In this document: positions 37,159 through 48,200 of the stretch, one piece after another | Position numbering within the stretch: position 1 is the first letter of the stretch | Layout of the letters: each line of letters begins with the position of its first letter | Translations under genes and position numbers: made by a program | The notes under the pieces: generated by a model | Databases searched by the model: none | Told to the model about the DNA's origin: nothing | Seen by the model: only the letters and a program-made list of their open reading frames with translations | Assembly (NCBI GenBank): GCA_944391465.1 | Contig: CALXTS010000006.1 | Span: 397-64,396, forward strand | Origin: an uncultured Alphaproteobacteria bacterium | Lineage (GTDB): Bacteria > Pseudomonadota > Alphaproteobacteria > RF32 > CAG-239 | Length of the DNA: 64,000 nucleotides | Direction of reading: 5' to 3'

Positions 37159-39306
37159 ATGGAAGAATGCTTAAAACAACTGGCTGAAAAATTAGGAGTA
37201 TCGACCCGTTTTTCAGATGCAGGAATGGTTCGCCGAGAATATGAGGTCGGAGATGATACCATAAAATTTTTTGCTAAAATGTTGGGTTATAATGCAGAAA
37301 ATGAGGAAAAGATAAAAGAGAGTCTCAAGCAATACGAAGAAGCACGATGGAAAAAAACATTAGATGATATCTATGTTGTTGAAAGTGATAAGATTGAATT
37401 TGATGCTATAATTCAGAGTTCGGATATTTCGGAATATATGGAACTTGAAATTAAAAATCAAAACAGTGATGACCATATTCCGGTTTCATATCAAATTGTG
37501 AATGGAAACGCAGAAAAAGAAATAGATGGAAAAACATATGTAAGGATGATTGTAAGAATTGAAACACCGCTTACATATGGATACTATGATTTAAATCTAA
37601 AACTAAAGAATAAGCACTATAAAAGTTGTTTGGCAGTTTCTCCCAAAGGATGCTACGAAAGTCCGTCATTAAATAAAAAAATATGGGGATTTGCCGTCCA
37701 ATTATATTCTGTTAAGAGTAAACACAATTGGGGTGTCGGAGATTTTACGGATTTGAGTTCATTGGTAAAAATCGCAGCCAAGTCAGGAGCCTCAATTATC
37801 GGATTAAATCCGCTGAATGTCTTAATGCATAATTTTCCGGAAGAAGCCAGTCCTTATAATTCAATAAGCCGCTTATTTTTAAATCCGATTTATATTGATG
37901 TAGAGGCAGTTCCGGAATTTTATGCGGAAGATATGAAAGAAGTTCAAAAAGAAGTTGAAGAGCTGAGAAATTCAGAACTTATTCAATACAGCAGGGTTTA
38001 TAATCTCAAAATAAAATACTTGGAACGTTGTTACAAAAGATTCAAAGAAAGCAAGAATAAAGAGCGCAAAACTGCCTATGCCAGATTTTGTAAAGAACAA
38101 GGTGAAGAGCTGGATAAATTGGCAATATTTCAGTCTGTCTATGATGAGCAAAGTAAAACCGTTTGGGGCGGATGGCGTGCATGGCCGGAAGAATATCGTA
38201 ATCCGAGCTCAAAGGTGCTAAAAGATTATGCCAAAGAACATAAAGATAAAATAGATTTCTTTAAGTATTTGCAGTTTGAAGCAGATTGCCAGTTTAATAC
38301 GGCACAAAATAATGTTTCAGATTTAGGAATGGGGATAGGTTTTTACAGAGATTTGGCTGTAGGTGTTGGACAAGACAGTGCCGAGTTTTGGGGAAATCAA
38401 GAACTTTTTCTTTCTGAGGCAGGAGCAGGAGCTCCGCCGGATGCATTTTTCCCCGAAGGCCAGCAATGGGGGTTAGGCGCTTTTAATCCGCGTAAATTAA
38501 AAGAGCAGAAATATCTGCCGTTCGTAAAAATTTTGCGTGCGAATATGAAAAATGCCGGGGCCCTAAGAATAGATCATGTTATGAGTCTAATGCGTTTATA
38601 TATTATTCCGTTTAACGGAATGTCCGGAACATATTTATACTACAATTTTAAGGATATGATAAACATCGTTGCCCTAGAAAGTCATTTAAACAAATGCACA
38701 ATAGTCGGCGAGGCAATAGGCAATGTACCGGAAGGATTTTTAGATACGCTTAAAGAAAGAAATATTCATCCTTTGAGTGTTTTGTGGTCTGAACGTTATG
38801 ATTCGGGTTGGGGAGATTTTGTATCTCCATCTGGTTATCCGCAGAGTGCATTTGTATCTGTCGGAACACATGATATGCCGCCGTTAAGGATGTGGTGGTT
38901 TGGATATGATATTGAACTAAGCTACTCATTAGGGTTAATAGAAACGGAAGCCGCTAAATCGGAGGCATACCATAAACGCGAATTAGACAGATGGAAGTTA
39001 CTGTTTGCGCTGGATAGCAATGGAGTTTGGCCGGAAGATAATAAGCGTAGAAGCAACTATATATACGGAGAAGGATATCCGGAAGGAATAGAGGAGGCAG
39101 TTCATCGGTTTGTATCAAGAACTCCGAGCTCTGTTTTTTTAGCACAGTTTGAAGATATCTTACACGTTGAAAAAAGGCAAAATTTACCGGGTACGGATAG
39201 AGACAAACATCCTAACTGGAGAAGAAAACTTCCCGTTAATATGGAAGATATGGAGAAAGATATAGCTTATGTAAGGAATATCGCTGCAATCCGAAAAGAA
39301 AGATAA
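37159..39306 (+). CDS. malQ: 4-alpha-glucanotransferase (amylomaltase, long form)
   Basis: GH77 pattern (WGVGDFTDL, GLNPL, LRIDHVMSL, GEAIGNVPEG, THDMPP). 715 aa. Confidence 0.9.
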   Translation: MEECLKQLAEKLGVSTRFSDAGMVRREYEVGDDTIKFFAKMLGYNAENEEKIKESLKQYEEARWKKTLDDIYVVESDKIEFDAIIQSSDISEYMELEIKNQNSDDHIPVSYQIVNGNAEKEIDGKTYVRMIVRIETPLTYGYYDLNLKLKNKHYKSCLAVSPKGCYESPSLNKKIWGFAVQLYSVKSKHNWGVGDFTDLSSLVKIAAKSGASIIGLNPLNVLMHNFPEEASPYNSISRLFLNPIYIDVEAVPEFYAEDMKEVQKEVEELRNSELIQYSRVYNLKIKYLERCYKRFKESKNKERKTAYARFCKEQGEELDKLAIFQSVYDEQSKTVWGGWRAWPEEYRNPSSKVLKDYAKEHKDKIDFFKYLQFEADCQFNTAQNNVSDLGMGIGFYRDLAVGVGQDSAEFWGNQELFLSEAGAGAPPDAFFPEGQQWGLGAFNPRKLKEQKYLPFVKILRANMKNAGALRIDHVMSLMRLYIIPFNGMSGTYLYYNFKDMINIVALESHLNKCTIVGEAIGNVPEGFLDTLKERNIHPLSVLWSERYDSGWGDFVSPSGYPQSAFVSVGTHDMPPLRMWWFGYDIELSYSLGLIETEAAKSEAYHKRELDRWKLLFALDSNGVWPEDNKRRSNYIYGEGYPEGIEEAVHRFVSRTPSSVFLAQFEDILHVEKRQNLPGTDRDKHPNWRRKLPVNMEDMEKDIAYVRNIAAIRKER

Positions 39307-39351
39307 AGATATTATTCGGTTAGTAAAAAAATAAAAATTTTCTTGAAAATG

Positions 39352-39387
39352 AAAAACGAGGTGTTATATTTCACACTTCGTTTTTTA
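39352..39387 (+). terminator. Terminator after malQ
   Basis: ACGAGGTGT ... ACACTTCGT (one G-U pair) followed by a T-run. Confidence 0.65.
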
Positions 39388-39440
39388 TTAAATTGTATGC
39401 TTTGTGTTTTAATAAATATTATTAACTAATTTAATTTATC

Positions 39441-40016
39441 ATGAGAACAAATTTTTTGTTTTTTGAAGGAACATCGATAGATGTAGTTCAAGCAGAACTT
39501 GAAAAAGCAGGCTTGCAGACAGAACGTGTTTATAACGCGGTAAAAATTGTTTTGGAAAATGAATTTACCTTTGGTAAGAAAGTTGTCGTCAAACAGATTC
39601 CAAATATTGTAGCCGCAGTTGTCCGATTTGAAAAGCATGGAGAACTTCTGGATAAGCTACGGAAAATATCTTACTCAAAAGACATAGTCTTTGGTGATAA
39701 TAATCGTAAAGGCTTAGGTTTGGAGAGTAAATATTTCCATATTGTTTTCAGCAAGGAAAATATGCAGCAGGCAATCCAGCGTTGGATAAGAGCTTCCAGA
39801 ATTGAAGAAGAAAATAAAAACACGATTTTTGTTGAAGGGTATTTTATTGATGAAGGCAATAGAATTGAAGGATATAGTTTCTATAATCCGTATTGTCCGA
39901 ATTCCCTAGATGTTGAACACAGCTTTAGACGCTGGGAATACTCTTCCAGAGGCTTATTGGCAAGAATGGGCTTTAAGACATCGTTGCAAAATGCCGGTGT
40001 TTATCGATTAATTTAA
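39441..40016 (+). CDS. Hypothetical protein (191 aa)
   Basis: An intact ORF with its own terminator (AGCACTGAAA/TTTCAGTGCT, 40035-40065, plus a T-run). I recognise no domain. Confidence 0.45.
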   Translation: MRTNFLFFEGTSIDVVQAELEKAGLQTERVYNAVKIVLENEFTFGKKVVVKQIPNIVAAVVRFEKHGELLDKLRKISYSKDIVFGDNNRKGLGLESKYFHIVFSKENMQQAIQRWIRASRIEEENKNTIFVEGYFIDEGNRIEGYSFYNPYCPNSLDVEHSFRRWEYSSRGLLARMGFKTSLQNAGVYRLI

Positions 40017-40196
40017 AATCAGTAAAAAATTCAAAGCACTGAAAGACTATAAGTTTTTCAGTGCTTTTTGTTGTTTAAAAAAAAGTTAATTTATACATAC
40101 CAATTTTTAAAAGATTTCAAAAAAAGAGTTGATAACAAAAAAACTTAAGTTATACATACATTCGTAACAGTATAAATATTTTTTTTAGGTGACTAA

Positions 40197-40826
40197 ATGG
40201 CACGCAGAACAAAAGAAGAAGCAGAGCAAACGAAACAAGCAATTCTAGATTCGGCTCTTAACTTATTTTATGAAAAGGGTTTTTCCAGAACAACATTTGA
40301 TGAAATAGCACGCAGAATAAATCTGACTAAGGGAGCAGTCTATTGGCATTTCAGAAACAAAGCGGACTTATTGGCAGAAATTATAAGGCAGAATTTTAGT
40401 GCAAGGCATCAGAAGCAATTCTCAAAAGAGCGTAGTATACAGACGGTATCAGACTTAAGGAAGGCAATAATTGAGGATGCCGAAGATATAGAAAATGATA
40501 AGGAATACTGCAAATTTTTATTCTTTATCATGTTGCAAATGGAATGGTCAGAAGCTATTTTTCAAAGAGTATCGGTACAAGTGAGAGACATCCGTCGTTA
40601 TCCACTAAAATTATTTAAAGAAACGTTGACTTTATTACAAAATCGTGGAGAAATAAAGGCAGATGTGAATATCGAAGAACTCGCCGAATTAAACATGTAT
40701 ATGTGGCGAGGGATTCTCGGTGCCTATGTCAGTCGAGCAGAGCCGATGAATTTACCGAAAATGATGCTCTTAGGCTTCGATTTGATAATGGACGGATTAA
40801 CAGTGGAGAAAGATTCAAATGATTAG
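40197..40826 (+). CDS. TetR/AcrR family transcriptional repressor
   Basis: N-terminal HTH region (ILDSALNLFYEKGFSRTTFDEIARRINLTKGAVYWHFRNK). It lies immediately upstream of, and overlaps, the efflux adaptor gene. Confidence 0.9.
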   Translation: MARRTKEEAEQTKQAILDSALNLFYEKGFSRTTFDEIARRINLTKGAVYWHFRNKADLLAEIIRQNFSARHQKQFSKERSIQTVSDLRKAIIEDAEDIENDKEYCKFLFFIMLQMEWSEAIFQRVSVQVRDIRRYPLKLFKETLTLLQNRGEIKADVNIEELAELNMYMWRGILGAYVSRAEPMNLPKMMLLGFDLIMDGLTVEKDSND

Positions 40827-41982
40827 GAACCGCGTTATAATTAAAAACGTAGTAATTTTTGGTTTATGTGCGTATTTTGGATGGTTTTTAAAAGGACGAT
40901 TAACACCGAGTGGTGCTATGATGGGTGCCGGAGCCAGAGGAGAGCCGTATGTATTAATTCAAGAGCTTGAAACCAGAAATATAGCCCCGAAGAAGAGTTT
41001 TATAGGTCATGTGGAGGCAATAAAAAGCGTAAATTTGCAACCACAAGTAACAGGATATGTTGAAAAAGTTCTATTCCAAGAAGGTTCTCTGGTCCAGGAA
41101 GGAGATTTGCTTTTTGTCATAGAACAAAAAAGATATCTGGCAAATGTAGAACTCCGTCAAGCGGAATTGGACAGCGCTAAGGCTAATTTGGTAAGAGCAG
41201 AAAGAGATTTTCGACGCCAGTCATCATTAAGCAAACAAAATTATGCATCAAAGGCAACTTTGGATAATGCCGAAAGTGATTATTTACAGGCAAAAGCGGC
41301 AGTAGCCCAAGCCCAAGCAAATTTAGATTTGGCAAAAATAGATTTAGATTATACGGAAATTAAAGCGCCGATTACCGGATATATTGGTAAGGCTTTGGTA
41401 ACGGAAGGTAACTATGTCGGTTCCACCACCCAGAATTTGGCACGTATTGTCCAAATGGATCCGATTCGTGTAGCTTTTTCAATTACGGATAAAGATTTGT
41501 TAAATATGCGCGAGACATATAAAACACATAAGAAAAATGAAGATCCTAAACTAAAAACAGAATTAGTTCTTCCAAATGGTCGAGTTTTGGAAAATCATTT
41601 GCGTTCGCGTTTTTCAGACAATGAAATTAACACAGATACGGCAACTATCGCGGTTTATACGGAATACAGCAACCAAGAGAATTTGTTGACCCCAGGAAAC
41701 TATGTAAATATTCGCATAGGCAGTGGAGAGGATAAAATGGCCTTGTTGGTTCCGCAAGCAGCAATCGCTCAAGATTCTAACGGCTCATATGTTGTTACGG
41801 TGAATGATGAAAACATTGCAGAGCAAAAACGCGTTATTCTCGGTGACATCATCGGAACACAGCAAGTTGTTTTGGAAGGACTGAATCCGGAAGATAAAGT
41901 TATAATTCAGGGTTTACAAAAAGTTAGCAATGGTCAAAAGGTCAAAGCATCACTCGTAAAAGAAGAAAGTATTGAGGAGTAA
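40819..41982 (+). CDS. RND efflux periplasmic adaptor (second copy)
   Basis: Same architecture as 17342-18490 (AQAQANLDLAKIDLDYTEIKAPITG). Confidence 0.9.
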   Translation: MIRNRVIIKNVVIFGLCAYFGWFLKGRLTPSGAMMGAGARGEPYVLIQELETRNIAPKKSFIGHVEAIKSVNLQPQVTGYVEKVLFQEGSLVQEGDLLFVIEQKRYLANVELRQAELDSAKANLVRAERDFRRQSSLSKQNYASKATLDNAESDYLQAKAAVAQAQANLDLAKIDLDYTEIKAPITGYIGKALVTEGNYVGSTTQNLARIVQMDPIRVAFSITDKDLLNMRETYKTHKKNEDPKLKTELVLPNGRVLENHLRSRFSDNEINTDTATIAVYTEYSNQENLLTPGNYVNIRIGSGEDKMALLVPQAAIAQDSNGSYVVTVNDENIAEQKRVILGDIIGTQQVVLEGLNPEDKVIIQGLQKVSNGQKVKASLVKEESIEE

Positions 41983-41988
41983 AGACTG

Positions 41989-44900
41989 ATGTTTTCCCGT
42001 ATATTTATTGAACGCCCACGCTTTGCGATGGTAATTTCCATCGTATTGGTTCTTGCCGGCGTTATTTCAGTATTTTCATTGCCTATTTCATTGTATCCAG
42101 AAATTACGCCGCCGGAAGTTGTCGTTTCGGCGACTTATCCGGGAGCAAGCGCGGAAGTTGTGGCTAAAACCATTGGTATCCCGTTGGAAGAAGAAATTAA
42201 TGGTGTTGAAGACATGCTCTACATGAGTTCTTCTTCAGAAAACTCAAGCTATCAGCTGACGGTTACATTTAAGGTTGGCGTTGATAGGGATATGGCGCAG
42301 GTAAAAGTGCAAAACCGTATTCAGCAAGCACAATCAAAACTTCCGACGGAAGTTACGCGTCAGGGTTTAACGGTGAAGAGTCGTTCATCAAACACATTAG
42401 GTTTCATTACGATAGGCTCACCCAAAGGCACATATTCTCAGCTAGAATTGGCTGACTATGTTCAAAATAATATTAAAAACAGTTTGGGACGTGTGCCCGG
42501 TGTTGGTGAAGTAAATGTTTATTCGTCGAAGTTAAGTATGCGTGTCTGGTTAGATGCCGATAAAATCACGGCGTTAAACATTCCGCTTTCAAGTATTACA
42601 TCTGCAATAGAAAGCCAAAACTACCAGCCGTCATTGGGTAGTGTTGGTGCAATGCCCGGAGACGGAACGCAACAAATGGTTTATACATTGCAAACGCAAG
42701 GGCGTGTTAATGAGGTTGAAGACTTTGAAAACATCATTATCCGGACAGCGGAGCAAGGAGGTTTGTTATATTTGAAAGATGTTGCAAGAGTTGAAATTGG
42801 AGAAGAGCAATACAGAGCAACATCAAAATATAACAATACGCCAAACGTAGCAATAGCAATTAACCAATTAGCGGGAGCCAATGCACTGGAGGCAATGGCC
42901 GGCGTTAAAAAAGAAATGGCAAGGTTAGCTCAGAATTTCCCCGAGGATATGAATTATGTCATCGGTTACGATTCTACGGAATATATTACAGCCTCTATTG
43001 AAGAAGTCGTCTTTACGCTTATTTTGACTTTTGCATTGGTTATTTTGGTTTGCTATATCTTTTTACAAGATTGGCGTTCGACTTTAATTCCGACATTAAC
43101 GATTCCGGTATCAATTTTTGCGACTTTTGCCGTAATGTTGGCTTTAGGTTTCAGCTTAAATATGTTGACATTATTCGGTTTGGTGTTGGCAATCGGATTG
43201 GTGGTTGATGATGCTATTGTGGTTGTAGAACGTGTTTTGTATTTAATGGAAAATGAAAAGTTGTCTCCGAAAGAGGCAACCATAAAAGCAATGGAACAGG
43301 TTTCCAGTGCAGTTATTGCAACAACATTGGTGTTGCTGGCTATTTTCGTGCCGGTTGGTTTTTTGGGCGGTATTACCGGAAAAATATACCAACAATTTGC
43401 AATAGCAATTTCAACCTCGGTTGCATTTTCATCATTAAATGCATTAACACTTTCTCCGGCACTTTGTGCCACGATTTTGCGTCCGCTTAAACCCAAACAG
43501 TCAGGGCCTTTATTTTGGTTTAACAAAGTTGTTAATAAATCCAGAGACAGATATGCCGCTTTTGTAGGTTTGGTTGGGCATAAAATAAGTGTGATTTTAC
43601 TGGTCACGGTTCTATTGTTTGCGGGTGTCGGTGGCTTGTTAAACATCAGCCAAACATCATTTATCCCATCAGAAGACCAAGGCGTTATTTTTATGAACGT
43701 TCAGCTTCCTGAGGGGGCAAGCCGAGTTCGTACACAGCAATTTGTAGATAAGGTTTATCCTTTGATAAAAGAAGAGAAAGGTGTTGCTGATGTAATGAGT
43801 GTTGTTGGTGTCAGTATGATTGGCGGCAGCGGAGAAAACGTTGCTTTAACCTTCATAACGCTAGAACCATGGAACAAACGCACGGATGATAATTTGTATT
43901 CAACCAACATATTAAATCGGATACGAGCAAAAGTTTCTGGTTTGCCGGAAGCCGAGGTTCAGCTTTTTGAACCCCCTGCAATTATGGGGCTTGGTATGAG
44001 CGGAGGTATGGATTACAGACTTCAATCTCTAGATACGGATGATCCTCAAAAGATAGATGCTGCTTTGCAAAGTATTTTAGCTTTGATGAATCAGTCTCCG
44101 GAAGTAAGCTATGCGTATTCGACATATACGGCTAAAACTCCCAATATTTACTTAGATATAGACCGAAAGAAAGCCGAAGCAATGAAAGTTTCTATCGGCA
44201 GCATATTCAGTGTGTTACAAAATTATTTGGGGTCTAGCTATATCAACGATGTGAACTTCGGAACGCAGGTGAATAAAGTAATGATTCAGGCCGACTGGAA
44301 ATATCGAAAGGATATTGAAAGCATTAAGAATCTCTATGTTCAGAACAATGACGGAGAAATGGTTCCCTTAGGGGCAGTGGTAAATCTGCGTAAGGTTTTA
44401 GCTCCTCGTGTTGTAACACGCTATAACCAATATCCAAGTGCAGAGATTACTGCGGTTCAAAGTCCATCATCAAGTACCGGTCAGGCAATGGCTGCCGTAG
44501 AAAAACTTTCGCAAAAACTTCCGGCAGGGTTCAGTTATGATTGGTCAAGCATGAGCTATCAAGAGAAATCAAGTAGCGGACAGATTGGTTATTTGATTAT
44601 TTTGGCAATGACTTTTGCATATTTATTCTTGGTTGCACAATATGAGAGTTGGTCAACGCCATTACCGGTATTAACATCGGTGTCTGTTGCCATGTTGGGA
44701 GCGTTGCTTGGTCTGTTTATAACGGGGCTGCCGCTTAGTATATATGCTCAGCTTGGTTTGATTTTGCTAGTCGGATTAGCTGCAAAGAATGCTATTTTGA
44801 TTGTTGAATTCTCCAAAGAAGAAAGGGAGCGTGGTTCAACCATTATTAAAGCAGCAGTTACCGGAACACGAGAACGTTTTCGCGCCGTTTTGATGACAGC

Positions 44901-45090
44901 TTTCACGTTTATTCTCGGTGTGCTCCCGATGATTGTGGCGACCGGGGCCGGAGCGGCAAGCCGCGTGGCGATAGGAGTTCCAGTGTTTTATGGTATGATA
45001 GTAGGAACCTTTGCCGGTTTAGCAATAATTCCGTTACTGTATATCATGTTCCAAACGATTCGCGAGAAAGTTAACGGAACGGCGGAATAA
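41989..45090 (+). CDS. RND multidrug efflux permease (second copy)
   Basis: 1033 aa, collinear with 18506-21682 ([23 protein letters not shown]). Confidence 0.95.
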   Translation: MFSRIFIERPRFAMVISIVLVLAGVISVFSLPISLYPEITPPEVVVSATYPGASAEVVAKTIGIPLEEEINGVEDMLYMSSSSENSSYQLTVTFKVGVDRDMAQVKVQNRIQQAQSKLPTEVTRQGLTVKSRSSNTLGFITIGSPKGTYSQLELADYVQNNIKNSLGRVPGVGEVNVYSSKLSMRVWLDADKITALNIPLSSITSAIESQNYQPSLGSVGAMPGDGTQQMVYTLQTQGRVNEVEDFENIIIRTAEQGGLLYLKDVARVEIGEEQYRATSKYNNTPNVAIAINQLAGANALEAMAGVKKEMARLAQNFPEDMNYVIGYDSTEYITASIEEVVFTLILTFALVILVCYIFLQDWRSTLIPTLTIPVSIFATFAVMLALGFSLNMLTLFGLVLAIGLVVDDAIVVVERVLYLMENEKLSPKEATIKAMEQVSSAVIATTLVLLAIFVPVGFLGGITGKIYQQFAIAISTSVAFSSLNALTLSPALCATILRPLKPKQSGPLFWFNKVVNKSRDRYAAFVGLVGHKISVILLVTVLLFAGVGGLLNISQTSFIPSEDQGVIFMNVQLPEGASRVRTQQFVDKVYPLIKEEKGVADVMSVVGVSMIGGSGENVALTFITLEPWNKRTDDNLYSTNILNRIRAKVSGLPEAEVQLFEPPAIMGLGMSGGMDYRLQSLDTDDPQKIDAALQSILALMNQSPEVSYAYSTYTAKTPNIYLDIDRKKAEAMKVSIGSIFSVLQNYLGSSYINDVNFGTQVNKVMIQADWKYRKDIESIKNLYVQNNDGEMVPLGAVVNLRKVLAPRVVTRYNQYPSAEITAVQSPSSSTGQAMAAVEKLSQKLPAGFSYDWSSMSYQEKSSSGQIGYLIILAMTFAYLFLVAQYESWSTPLPVLTSVSVAMLGALLGLFITGLPLSIYAQLGLILLVGLAAKNAILIVEFSKEERERGSTIIKAAVTGTRERFRAVLMTAFTFILGVLPMIVATGAGAASRVAIGVPVFYGMIVGTFAGLAIIPLLYIMFQTIREKVNGTAE

Positions 45091-45099
45091 ACAGAAAGA

Positions 45100-45140
45100 A
45101 ATCACCTCAACAAGAATTAAGTTGAGGTGATTTTATTTTT
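45100..45140 (+). terminator. Terminator after the second RND operon
   Basis: AATCACCTCAAC ... GTTGAGGTGATT (a 12-bp perfect stem) followed by TTATTTTT. Confidence 0.8.
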
Positions 45141-45264
45141 GAAGCAAATTTGTCTAAAATTATGAAAAATTGGGTTCATAATTCATTTTTACAATTGCAA
45201 TATTACGGATTAGATATTATCATTTAAACTAAATGCATTTAATAGATAAAATACAGGTACCTTA

Positions 45265-48200
45265 ATGTTAAGACTAAAAAAGTTTATCCTTTTTTTGAGT
45301 GTGCTTTTTATAGCAAAAATAGCGGTTGCTGCAATTGTGTCAATTAATGAGACACAGTTCAGCAGTCGGTCATTGTCTTCACCATTAAATTCCGATGATG
45401 GCGGTTACACTTCTACATATAGTGGAGTCGAGTGTGGTTATTATACTTCATATACAGCAGAAGATTGCCAATCAGTATTAGGCGTTTCAAGTGCATCGGA
45501 ATACACGGCAACAGAATGTGATGGTGGAAAATATACATGTACCTGTTCGTCAGTATATTCTAAAACATGTGACGGTAGTGATGAAATTCCGTCAGGCCCT
45601 TCTTGTAAGAGTACCGATTCTGAGGGAAACCCGATTCTGAAATATAAAGAATGCAAAGCATTGTCAACGCTCAATTGTGCAGATATTAAAGGAGAAGAGG
45701 TTACTAGTGAGAGTGACTGTAGAACATTGTTGGGGCGCTCATATATGGAGGGAAGTTACCTGTCATGTTCAGAGGACGATGCTACCAAACAGTTCTGCGC
45801 GTATCCCCATTGTTCAGTTTTAGAAAATCGCAGTGAAGACGCCACCAAAACATTTACAAATACAGCGCCAAGTCAAGCCGATGCCATTCAAAATGGAAAA
45901 TGTTACGATTCATCGGGAGATGTTTTAGATGTATGGTATTGTCCAACCTCTTATACAGAACTTCTGATGCCAACATGTACGGATGACCGTTCCCCGATAA
46001 TTTGTGATTTACAAACAACAACTTTATATAAGCCGGAGTGCCAATATCCGGATTGTACAAGTTCAAATATGACGGTTATGAATAACCGTACGGTTATTAC
46101 CACAAGTTTGACCCCAAAAAGCAGTTGTCCGAGTAGTGGTTTCCTTGCCGGCGTAAAAGGTAAGATGTGCTATATTGATAAAACAACAGATGATAAGGGA
46201 GAAAACACGGATAAAAATCTCTACAATACTTGCACATGTCCAGAAGAATATGCCTATACAGCAGAGAGTTGTAAACTGGAGGAAGGGGATATTGAAGGAG
46301 CTGAGGTCGTTCCTATTGTTTCAAGACAGGCGGTTCCATCATTCTATACATTCACATCATCAGGTTCAACTTACACGGTTAGCGGATTGCAATATTATGA
46401 TTACTGCTATTGGGATGCTCAAAATTCAGGTCCTGTAGGTGATGCATTCTGTAGCTCAAACTATACTTCAGGAACTTCTGCATATAATACATGTATGCAA
46501 CATAAAGGACTTTCTGCAGAATTCGATACAGCAAAGTTTAAATACAAAGGGTGTGCATCTCTGTGTCCGACAACAAAATATGCCGATTTGATGGAGGTTT
46601 CTGTTGCTGAGGGGACATCTATGAATGGGTGTGCCGCGCAAGATGCCGAAGTTGTCCGTTGTGCGGTTCCTGTTAGTACAATAAATACAGATCCTGGATA
46701 TGATTCGTATCTTCTGAACAACAAGATTGCAAACGTTAAAATAAATTCGATTTCTAATGATAATGGAGGGGTTTCTTATTCAGGAGCCTTTGGTTTGACA
46801 GATATTTCCACCAAGGATTTTTATTTTGAAAAGGCATATTGCCGTTGTCCGGACAGTTATAAAGTTACATGTCCGTCAGGAACAATTCCGGGAGGAAAAG
46901 AATGTATTACGGAAGATGGTGTTGTAAAATATCAATTATGCCTGCCTGTATGTGATGAAACAACTGAAGGTAAAAAGATTACCAGCAATCCGACTACAGA
47001 AAGCTGTGAAGGAATTTCACAAAAATACAACAATGAAGGTGGTGATAGCGATTTAGCATCAGGAAAATGGTTCTGTGCTAATGCTGCCAGCAGTTCAGGG
47101 ACAGGCTACAGTAAATCAACTTGTGCATCATCAATAGGGACAATCAAGATTTGTTGTCTAGAAAATGGTGATGGAACCACTAGTAAAACTTGTTATAGCA
47201 ATTTTGTTCCGGGAGGTAAAACGGGATCCTATCAATACTGTTTTCCGTATGGGGAAACGCCACCGCATCAGGCTTGTTTCAAGAATGAATATGAAACAGA
47301 AGAGGCTTATTGGCAGTGTAGTTGTGTAAATTATAGATCAGAAGAGGATTGTCAGGCTCAAGATGAAAAACTACATGGAGCCGGAAAAATCTGTACTTTA
47401 GAAGGTAAAACAACTCCAAAATATGAAACATGTTCGGCAGCATGTGCAAATGATGGATCTGAATACATTGCAGCAACGACAGAAGAATGTAAACTGTCAA
47501 ATGGTGTCCAAACACCATATGAGGCTTGTTATATTGCAGGATCAGAGACTGAACAATATAGGTGTTCATGTCCGGAAAGTGGCTATACCAGTATAAAAGA
47601 CCACTGTGAAAGTGAATATACAGATCCGGAAGAAATAAATACTTGTCAAAGTTATACGATAGGTTTGGGAATCCCTTGTGAATTTGAGGCATATAAAGAC
47701 AATACAACGCAAGCATATTTAATTAAATATGAAGGTTTCGCCACACGTTGTAGTTTTTATACCAAAACGGAAGGTGAAAGCATAACCATAGCCGATAGTC
47801 TGAATAAGTGTCAAATGGGGAATGAAATAGCCAATGATCCATGTTATATGGACGTTAACGATTTAAGATATGTTTGTCGTTGTCCAAAAGCATACATAAG
47901 TTTGGATGAATATTGCGCTGGCGTTGTAGCCTCAGGAGAACTGGATGATAACGGGCAAGCATACACACTTGAGACATGTAAATCGGTTTATGTGGGAGAA
48001 GGTGTTCCTTGTAGTTTTGATGTTGATAAAACAACAAAATTAAAGATTGATAAGTTCACTAAATTTTCCAAACGTTGCCCGACAGATCGTCCTGTTTTTG
48101 ATAATCCATCAGATTGCTCAATTAATGGAAGTACCCCACAATATACGGTATGTTATAATGAAAATAATCAGGGCGTAGCAAAATATGTATGTTCTTGTCC

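Noticed and set aside
43053-43646. 197-aa minus-strand ORF inside the second RND permease gene.
   Set aside because: It is fully antisense to a gene with unmistakable AcrB-family motifs. Its composition is skewed (T/N/K/A-rich) and it has no start context.
45170-45190. TGGGTT-CATAA-TTCAT upstream of the giant ORF as a possible sigma-54 promoter.
   Set aside because: It lacks the invariant GC of the -12 element and the TGGCAC-like -24. Both real sites in this window, at 8287 and 59164, are near-perfect by comparison.
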